NCBI GenBank assembly: GCA_951406725.2
Contig: OX597817.1
Location: forward strand, 66,898,001 to 66,962,000
Length of the DNA stretch: 64,000 nucleotides
Direction: 5' to 3'
DNA from: Octopus vulgaris
Taxonomy: Eukaryota
In this document: positions 54,015 through 64,000 of the stretch, piece after piece
How the letters are laid out: each line of letters opens with the position of its first letter
Numbering within the stretch: the first letter of the stretch is position 1
Made by a program: the position numbers and the translations under genes
The notes under the pieces: generated by a model
What the model was told of the DNA's origin: nothing
Seen by the model: the letters and a program-made list of their open reading frames with translations, nothing else
Database searches by the model: none

Positions 54015-55312
54015 GTAAGTTGATATTTTTAGATATTCTCATCTTCATTAGTTATTATTTTAAAATTGTGACTCTTTAGAAGGACGACTAGTGCCGACAG
54101 CGTAGACAAAAATATATTTAAAGATCGAATCTATTTATTAGTCATTATCATATCCTAGAAAGATATCCTTCATGTTGACATTGACTTCTTTTCACAAGTC
54201 TTGCGTGAAAATTGTGAAACGTGATCGGGAATAGATATCCTACAAAAGTTCAAATGAAGTAACTGTACAGATTCTGGTTATCGAACTGACGAAATTGTTT
54301 AATACAGAAGACTGGAAATGCTTGACCGAAAATCGGTTTTACTCTTCTAAGAACGAATGTATGGTATCCGTCATTAGTTGTTTTAGTCGTGAACCTTGCT
54401 GATCAGGAATCAGCCCAGTTTAAATATTATTCGAAAACCTCATTTTCGATTGACCTGCGAGATGATGGAAATAACTGTGAGTAGTAACAGTGACAGTAAT
54501 TATTACCACAGTAATATATCTATTTCATGATGTTTGACGAAAAGCACTATATTACAGCAGAAGCAGTTGAGTAAAGTTTGTATGAAAATGGATATAAACA
54601 TATTCATTCCGAAATACTATTTCTTATAGATATACGTTTTTTAAAATCACAAAAATATATCAGTGCTAGACGATATACTAGTCCCAGACGATCTACCAGT
54701 ACCTCTTTAGGTCTGGTCAGTAGAAGTATCCACTGATAATCACATGCTAAACCAAGCTCTGCCGTGACTAATAGAACAAATTAATGATTGTAAAACCACC
54801 GATGTCGCAGTTGACCGACAACGTGAATATAAAATTCGTTATGTGCAACGGAAGCAGTATTAGTTTGAAATAGCAATCTGTGTATCACATGTCAACAGAT
54901 ACATAATATAAAAGATTAATTGAAAGGTGACACTGAATATCATCATATTCATAATTGGGTTTCATCAGAACAATATAAACACTTTTGTTTTTATGACAGC
55001 CACGTAACAATTTACAGTAATAATATTTTCATAAATATGCAAAAATCATCATCCTGATATTAGTTATTTGATTTTGCAAGGCAAGATATAACTCATTGTT
55101 TTATTTTATTTTTTATAGTACAAATTAGCGATAATTTATAGCAAGAAACCTATCAGTAAATATATGTTCCTCAAAATTTTGCAAAGACCATAAAATCTTA
55201 AATTCTTAATTTGTCTTACAATTGGAAAGTTCAGATTCTATATTTATGTAGTAAATACTAAATCATTGAAATACTTATCATAATCACAAAACAATAATGT
55301 TATATTTTCCAG

Positions 55313-55360
55313 CTACTAAAACCGTCTCGAATAAAACTTTCGCGACTGAAGCATCAAAAA
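55313..55360 (+). CDS. Array exon A5: ATKTVSNKTFATEASK
   Basis: attttccAG/GTAAGT, 48 nt, open. Confidence 0.78.
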
Positions 55361-55691
55361 GTAAGTCGATATGTATTTACGAATCATTTAAATATTTTCT
55401 ATCACATTGAACAACAACAAATGCCTTTTGTAAAATAGTCACACACCTCCTAACGAATACGTACTTCGAATCCGACTAGATGTTATGAACTGAAACTCTT
55501 GAGAAGAGAAAGTTGAATCATTATAGCGCTTTACCAATTTTACCACCCATTGTCTTTGAAGGGTTGTTTAATGTAAATGTAATTACATAACCTATGATTT
55601 TCCAGACTCAACCATTTATTATCCTAGACAGAAATATAATTAGCTATGTCTTTTTTTTTTAATGTCTTGCAATATTTCTTTCGAACTTTAG

Positions 55692-55733
55692 ATGTTCGGA
55701 AATACACAAAAGGTACACGTAAGGTGGTAAGGT
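55692..55733 (+). CDS. Array exon B5 (42 nt), the only B copy with an intact acceptor: NVRKYTKGTRKVVR
   Basis: ttcgaactttAG / GTAAGT. An internal in-frame alternative donor GTAAGG at 55719 would give a 27-nt form. Confidence 0.5.
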
Positions 55734-55961
55734 GTAAGTTGATATTCATTCTAGCATTTCGGAATAAATCCAGTGGTTTACCATTTCTACCATCCATAAT
55801 CGTTAAAAAGAATGCTTAATATATTAATGTAATTAAAATTACCACGCAGTTTCATAGATTTAACCATCTACTATACTAAACAGAAACAGTAAAATTAATA
55901 ATTATCAGCTAAGTGATTTGTGATTTTCTTTTCTGAAAAATCATATTTCTTTCGATTGTAG

Positions 55962-56003
55962 AAAATAAGAAGCAAGCAAAAGGTTTTCTTGAAAAACCAA
56001 CTG
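55962..56003 (+). CDS. Array exon C5: KNKKQAKGFLEKPT
   Basis: AG/GTAAGT, 42 nt, open when joined to A5. Confidence 0.75.
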
Positions 56004-57410
56004 GTAAGTTGACATTTAGATATTCTCATCTTCATTGGTTATTATTTTAAAATTGTGACTCTTTAGAAGGACGACTAGTGCCGACAGCGTAGACACAAAT
56101 ATAATTAAAGATCGAATCTATTTATTAGTCATTATCGTATCCTAGAAAGTTATCCTTCATGTAGACTTTGACTTCTTTTCACAAGTCTTGCGTGAAAATT
56201 GTGAAACGTGATCGGGAATAGATATCCTACAAAAGTTCAAATGAAGTAACTTGTAGGGATTCTGGTCATCGAACTGACGAAATTGTTTAATACGGAAGAC
56301 TGGAAATGATTGGCCATAAATAGGATTTACTCTTCTAAGAACGAATGTATGGTATCCGTCATTAGTTGTTTTAGTCGTGAACTTTGCTGATCAGGAATGA
56401 ACCCAGTTTAAATATTATTCGAAAACCTCATTTTCGATTGACCGGCGAGATGATGGAAATAACTGTGAATAGTAATAGTAACAGTAATTATTACCACAGT
56501 AATATATCTATTTCATGATGTTTGACGAAAAACACTATTTTACAGCAGAAGCAGTTGTGTGAATTTTTGTATGAAAATGTATATAAACATATTCATTATG
56601 AGATAGTATTTCTTATAGATTTACGTTTTTTTTAAATCACAAAAATATATCTACTATACGATATACTAGTCCCAGACGATATACCAATACCTCTTTGGGT
56701 CTGGTCAGTAGATAGTATCCACTGATAAATACATGCTAAATCAAACTCTGCCGTCACTGATAGAACAAACTAATGATTGTAAAATCCACCGATGTCGCAG
56801 TTGACCGACAACGTGAATATAAAATCCGTTATGTACAACGGAAGCAGTATTAGTTTGAAATAGCAATTTGTGTATCACATGTCAATAGATACATAATATA
56901 AAAGATTAATTGAAAGGTGACACTGAATATATTCATATTCATAATTTGTTTCATCAGAACAAAATAAACACTTTCGTTTTTATGACAGCCACGTAACAAT
57001 ATGCGAAAATCATCATCCTAATATTCGTTATTTGATTTTGCAAGCCAAGATATAACTCATTGTTTTATTTTATTTTTTATAGTACAAATTAGCGATAATT
57101 TATAGCAAGAAACTTATCAGTAAATATACGTTCCTTACAATTTTGCGAGGACCATAAATGCTTAAATTCTTAATGTGTCTTACAATTGGAAAGTTCAGAT
57201 TCATCAAAACAAGATAAATACTTTCGTTTTTACGACAAGCACGTAACAATTTACAGTAATAAAATTTTCATAAATATGCGATTCTCATAACGTTGAGATA
57301 AATCATGAATGTTAAATTTCCTTCATTGTCATACTGTGACAAATCCCAGCTTCCACATTTACGCAAGAAATATTAACATTATAAGAAAATTATAACATAT
57401 TATTTTGCAG

Positions 57411-57458
57411 ATGTTCCGAAAATCGCGTACAAAGTTATTTCGACTGAGGTGAAAGATC
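57411..57458 (+). CDS. Micro-exon E (48 nt): DVPKIAYKVISTEVKD
   Basis: tattttgcAG / GTAAGT, phase 1-1. Diverged A-family exon. Confidence 0.8.
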
Positions 57459-57859
57459 GTAAGTCGATATTTTTGATCATTGAATTAGTACCAGAAGATA
57501 TATTTTTTATCATTGAAATAATTCCATCTTATTAAAAGAGCCTTGAAAATTCTATCTGATTTGTCATTCAATTAGCGATAAATACATACTTTGAAACTTT
57601 ATAATATGCGCGTTCTTTCTAACTCAGTTAAATAAGTTAACAAAACTAAATAATTAATTAGTTAATTATGTAGAGGTAACATTGTACATATATTGTGAAG
57701 TGGGTGAGCTGCCACTTCCGTATACTGCTACAAAAGTAGCATTTTTATTGCTAGATCTAGCATTTCTTAGATGTTATTAAGCACATTACACACACACACA
57801 CACACACACACATACTCTTTTAGTCGTTTCAGCTTTGCGGCTGCGATCATGCTGGAGCA

Positions 57860-59440
57860 TCACCGTGGTCTTGCTGATTTCCTCAGTCTGGGGTGTTTCC
57901 CATCACCACTCCTGTATGTGCCTTCGTCCCAGCTGTTGGCCTACTTGGTGTGTAAGAGAGTTTGATTCTGCTGCTCTGGTCTGTACCTCATGTCGGGCTG
58001 TTGGTTCATCCGGTATTGTGGAGAGGAGGATGTCTAGTTCCTTTTTAAAAACATTTACTTCCACCTTATGCAGAATTTTAATTTTTCATGGAAGGGCATT
58101 GAAGAGCTGTGGGCCTTTGAACCCCAGGCTATTGCAGTACTTTGTCCTGAATTTAGATGGAGTGAATGGTACCTTTAGTACAATACAATGGCGTCCAGTT
58201 CTGGCATTTGTATAACACTCAATGCCGAAATTAGTTACTAGCCCTTATCGAGGTTTTAATATGTAGATTATTAAACATCTGTCGCGCCTTTGCTCCAGGG
58301 AGTGAAGTTGCAATTTTATTCAGCCTTTGGCTGTAGCTCATCCGCTGCGCTGTTTCAATCATTTTAGTGTAGTGGCGTTGGACTGCTTCAAGCTCCGCTG
58401 TTAGTTTGGCACTATGTGGTGACCATAACTAGGGCCAGTATTCCAGGCGGCTGAGAACAAAGGTTCCCCATAGGCTCAACATAGTTTTCTTATCCTCTTG
58501 TTTTGAAGAACCTTAGTATCCATCCTGCCAGTTGTCTACACTTTACTACGGTCTTGGTTTAAAAGACTCCGCCGGTTACGACGACGAGGGTCCCAGCTGA
58601 TACGATCAACGGAACAGCTTGCTCGTGAAATTAACGTGCAAATGGCTGAGCATTCCACAGACACGTGTACCCTTAACGTAGTTCTCGGGGATAATCAGCG
58701 TGACACAGAGAGTGACAAGGCTGACCCTTTGAAATACAAGTACAACTCATTTTTGCCAGCTGAGTGGACTGGAGCAACGTGAAATAAAGTGTCTTGCTCA
58801 AGGACACAACGCGTCGCCGGGAATCGAACTCACAACCTTACGATCATGAGCCGAATGCCCTAACCACTAAGCCACGCGCCCTCACGGTCTTGGTAATGTG
58901 CATATGAAATGATGCATCATTGCACATACTGATACCCAAGTTTTTCACTGCTTGTGACTCTCGGTTTGCAGTGCACTCGTGTCCTGTATATGCAGGTTGT
59001 AATGCATTTGTGAGTTGATAGTACAGTGCTTGAAATTTTCCAGCATTAAACTACATGTTATTTACTTCGGCCCACCTATATATCGAATTCAGGTCCCGCT
59101 GTAAGCTTGCGACGACATCTTGATTTTTTATTGCCAGTGAAAATTTTTTATCATCGGTGTTGCTAGTGACAGTTGTTGTCTGAGTGAACTTAGGCATGTT
59201 TAAGAGGGCTATTACGAACAGTAATGGCCCCAGAACAGTTCCCTGGGGGACGCCCCTTAAGATTTGATTTTCTTCGGAAAGGGCACCATTGGCAGCAACT
59301 TCCTGACCTCTGTCTCCAAGAAAGTCATGCAGCCACTCTCCCGGTTTACCAGCAATGCCAAGGTCTCGCAGTTTATGATATATCATGCCATCATCTACTT
59401 TATCAGATGCCTTTGCAAAGTCGAGGTATATCACGTAGCT
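57860..59440 (-). mobile_element. Decayed CR1/L2-group LINE (RT and 3' region)
   Basis: [29 protein letters not shown] (degenerate YADD), LQRDL and downstream VLSRLEYWP.LWSP. Confidence 0.85.
58559..58883 (-). mobile_element. tRNA-derived SINE (family-2-like head) nested in the LINE, with 11-bp TSD
   Basis: TSD ACGGTCTTGGT at 58548-58558 and 58884-58894. Minus strand has GTGGCTTAGTGGTTAGG and GAGTTCGATTCCC boxes. A related decayed copy is at ~44905-45125. Confidence 0.9.
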
Positions 59441-59459
59441 GTAAGAGCTGTGTTAGGCA

Positions 59460-60531
<1,072 letters not shown>

Positions 60532-60839
60532 TTGCTTTTTACGGGAAGGATTGTTTCAATGAAGTCGTGTCTCGTCTTTGCCTTCGAAAAGCGGAGTAGA
60601 TGAAACAGAGGCGGCTGAGGAGGAGTAATTTTCCTTGTGTTGTATGTCTTGTATTCTATTTTTTCGTTGTTTAAGAAAAATGTCCATTTCCTTGGTTTTG
60701 TGTTTATGTTTTCGTTTCTCATTGTGTTCGACGTTTTTTTTTAGTGTCTTGTACCCATATATGCATGTATATATACATGTAGATGTAGGTACGTACATAT
60801 ATGTATGTATATATGCATATGTTTTATTCATTAATTTGT

Positions 60840-60876
<37 letters not shown>

Positions 60877-62066
60877 TATCTGTGTATGTGTGTATGTATA
60901 TGGAAATGTGTGTGTATATATATATACATACATATATATATATATATATACATACACGTTTTTTGTTGTGAATGCGTGCTCCTTTGTTATTTTTTATATG
61001 TTTGTATCCATCCCTTACACATGCACCCTTATGTAAGTGTGTGTGTGGGGGTATGTGCACATGTGTGTTCTTTGTTGTGTATGTATGTATGTTTGTGCTT
61101 ATGTTTTAATATATATTCCTTATGTGTTATGTGTATACGGTCTTTTTCTCTCTCTCTCTATTACTTGTGAATTAATTAATATATATTTTTCTTCATATAT
61201 TAGTCTTTGTTTCTTATCTATTTTCGTTTTTTTTTTTTAATTGCCTCCCCTACCCTTGACCTGAATGAAATCGGGTTATATTAACCAAAATGTGAAAAGG
61301 GGTCTAAATGGGGCTGGAAGGGGATTAAAATTTACAGGAGCGGGTGTTTAGGAATTCTCTGTTACATCAAGCTAAAAACTTTGCGCCAGCCTTTAAATCG
61401 TCAATGTGTTGCCGCCCATGACGAAGAAGTTTTGAATGCTTGTCATGGTGAGTCTACTGTCGTGAGAAAGAATCACTTCTAAACTTGGTGTTTAGGAATT
61501 TTCTTTTACATCAAGTTCAGAATGTTACGCCAGCCGTTAAGCTGTCACTACGTTGCTGTCCGTCGTTAAGAAATGCCAGCCATGGTGACTCTATTATCCT
61601 CAGATTCTATCCCTTCAAACTTTGGTTTCCAATATCTTTTTATTTTTATTCAGCTCGCAAGTTCGTCTGTCCCTTTTAAATGTTAGTGTTTTGCTGTCTG
61701 CCTTGAAGCAGACCTTTCCGTTGTCACTGCCTGATATTTATGATTGATCTTTCAAAATATTTTTCTTTCTCAACTTACTCAAGATCTTTTGTTGTTTATA
61801 AATGGGAGAGAGAGAGATAGATAGAGAAAGATAGAGAGTAAGAGAAAGCGAGAAGATATGTTTTGAGAAGATATGATTACAAAGTTAGATTTTACGGCAA
61901 ATATGTGAAAACTTATAGCTAGAAATCTATCAATAAATAGACGATCCTTTCAATTTAGAGAAAACTTTAAGCATTTAATTTCCTGCTTTGCCTCTCCTGA
62001 AAAACTTAATCCAAAAACATTTAATCATTGAAATGCCTGTCATTATACGAAATCTATATTTTGCAG

Positions 62067-62114
62067 CTTCATATTTCGACATCGATAAAATAATCCCAAC
62101 TGAACCACCACGCG
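62067..62114 (+). CDS. Micro-exon F (48 nt): PSYFDIDKIIPTEPPR
   Basis: tatattttgcAG / G|GTAAGT, phase 1-1. Diverged A-family exon. Confidence 0.8.
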
Positions 62115-62340
62115 GTAAGTTCGATATAAATATTTACGTTATCCTTCAGATATCTTTCGCATTACATTGAATAACATGTTGAAAATTGTTTCAGCTAGGA
62201 CAGAAATATTTCGAGCACAATAATTATTCACCCGCTGACAAACACATATTTAATCTAATCCTGATTGTGGACCAAATTTCGATGATAAATGATCAAAATT
62301 CATGAGTTGAATACAAAAGTAAAATATGCTACATGTAGAC

Positions 62341-63052
62341 CATAGGTTCTCAGAGTGGGCGCTACCGCCCCAGCCCTCAGTAGGCGTTGAAACAGTCCAG
62401 ATGGGCGCTGGTGCTTAAGGAGGTGGAGGGGTTGGAGTGGTAGAGAAAAAGGAGGCGTTGGGAGGACGGCAGTGGATTGGGGGACGCTATGAATTTAGGA
62501 TAGTATTACTCTTTACTCTTTTACTTGTTTCAGTAATTTGACTGTGGCCATGCTAGAGCACCGCTTCTAGTCCAGCAAATCGACCCCAGAACTTATTCTT
62601 TGTAAGCCTAGTACTTATTCTATTGGCCTCTTTTGCCGAACCGCGATATTTGGAGGACAAACACAGACACACAAACATATACACACAAACATACATATAT
62701 ATACATATATACGACGAGTTTCTTTCAGTTTCCGTCTACCAAATCCACTCACAATGCTTTGGTCGACCCGAAGCTATAGTAGAAGACACTTGACCAAGGT
62801 GCCACGCAGTGGGACTGAACCCGGAACCATGTGGTTGGTAAGCAAGCTACTTACCACACAGCCACTCCTACACCTATATTATTATAATATTGTATACAAA
62901 ATATATAATATTATATTAAATATCAAATGATTCATAGTATATATAAATTAGTAAAATATAAAATATTTGTTTATACATAAAACTAGGGGTGGGGGCGCAG
63001 GGGGTATCATGTGGCCATGAGGGGGATAGTTCCAAAAGTTTGAGAAACTCTG
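62341..63052. mobile_element. hAT (Charlie-like) MITE with a nested family-1 SINE (~62508-62875, -)
   Basis: Termini CATAGGTTCTCA ... TGAGAAACTCTG, 8-bp TSD ATGTAGAC / GTGTAGAC. The empty site catgtagac is seen in the array units. Confidence 0.8.
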
Positions 63053-64000
63053 GTGTAGACTGTGGCTTCTTCCCACTAGTCTTGCGGGAATATTTGTCAA
63101 ACGTGATCGGGGATAAAAATCCCACAAATGTTCAACTGAATTAATACGTGTGATTCACGATGTATTGACGCAAAAATGTAATCTATCACAGAAGCAGTTG
63201 AGTAAGTTTTGTATGAAAATGGATATATGCAATTGCGTCCTGAGAGAGTATCTTCTGTAGACGTACGGTGTTAAAAATTGCAAAAACGCATCCGTTCCAG
63301 ACGATACATCAGTCCCACTTTGGTTAGTAGAAATGTCCACCGATAATAGCATGCTAAAACAAAATCTACAGTTACTGATAAACTAAGGATTAAAAAATGT
63401 CTTATGTCGCAGTTGACGACAACGTGAATATAAAATTCGTTATGTGCAACGGAAGCAGTATTAATTTGAAATAGCAATTTGTATCACATATGAACAATTA
63501 CATAATTAAAAGACTAATTCAGCGGGAACACTAAAAATCATCATAATCATAACTGGTTTCATCAAAACCAGATAAACACTTCCGTTTTTACAACCATGTA
63601 ACAATTTACAATAATAAAATTTTCATAAATATACGATTTTCACAATGTTGAGATAAATCATGAATGTTAAATTTCCTTCATTGTCATACACTGACAAACC
63701 CCAGGTTCCACATTTAAGTTAGAGATATTAAACATAAGATAAATATAATATCTTATCTTGTAGATATTTTGATATTTTTGAATAATGTGGTTACGGCTGC
63801 GGTATCTGGAATGAAGTCATATATTTTATCATTGAAATAGTTCCCATCATATTAAAATGTCTTGAAAATTGTATCTGATTGAAGGAATAACTGTCTTTGG
63901 CGTAGATGACATTCAGTTAGTGATAAATACATACTTTGAAACTTGATAATGTGCGCGTTCTTTCCAACTCAGTAGAACAAGTTAACAAAACTAAAGAAAT
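63053..64000 (+). repeat. Older diverged copy of the array unit plus the exon-E flanking region
   Basis: 63053-63600 aligns with the unit's distal intron (aacgtgaatataaaattcgttatgtgcaacggaagcagtatta). 63590-64000 aligns with 57240-57655. Confidence 0.85.
63764..63840 (+). other. Exon-E paralog with intact acceptor but lost donor: dead exon or terminal exon DILIFLNNVVTAAVSGMKSYILSLK*
   Basis: tcttatcttgtAG acceptor. At +48 the GTAAGTC donor reads TGAAGTC, and the frame runs to TAG at 63838-63840. Confidence 0.35.

Larger units (their letters stand above)
46310..57200 (+). repeat. Intragenic tandem array: five ~2.0-kb units plus a partial sixth, each carrying exons A, B and C
   Basis: A-exon starts at 46980, 48995, 50985, 53324 and 55313 give spacings of 2015, 1990, 2339 (includes a SINE) and 1989. 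Units are highly similar throughout. Confidence 0.95.

Noticed and set aside
46310-57200. CRISPR-like or satellite interpretation of the array
   Set aside because: Units are ~2 kb with no short repeat-spacer structure and no cas genes. The sequence is eukaryotic and the units contain spliceable exons.

Overview
AT-rich, microsatellite-dense eukaryotic genomic DNA. The tRNA-derived SINE families and repeat landscape suggest a coleoid cephalopod, probably Octopus (inference). Almost all ORFs in the supplied track are microsatellite artefacts or decayed transposons: a Tx1/L1-like LINE, three R4/Dong-like fragments, a CR1-like LINE, a Gypsy LTR element, a Tc1/mariner relic, MITEs, Helentron-type HINEs, Penelope-like repeats with hammerhead-ribozyme motifs, and many SINEs. 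The main discovery, largely invisible in the ORF track, is a + strand micro-exon gene from 26656 to at least 62114. A signal-peptide exon (MHLLILFQVILIAGITWSQQ) is followed by about 17 exons of 21-48 nt. All are multiples of 3, phase 1-1, AG/GT-bounded and stop-free. Ten of them lie in a five-unit ~2 kb tandem array (about 46310-57200) that multiplies a 48-nt Thr-rich N-glycosylation exon and a 42-nt Lys-rich exon. A third 42-nt cassette is switched off by an AG>CG acceptor in four units and intact in one. The predicted product is a secreted or cell-surface, mucin-like modular protein of about 260 aa so far, architecturally like schistosome micro-exon genes (MEGs). It may continue beyond the window. 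The exon model was read by eye and needs transcript confirmation.
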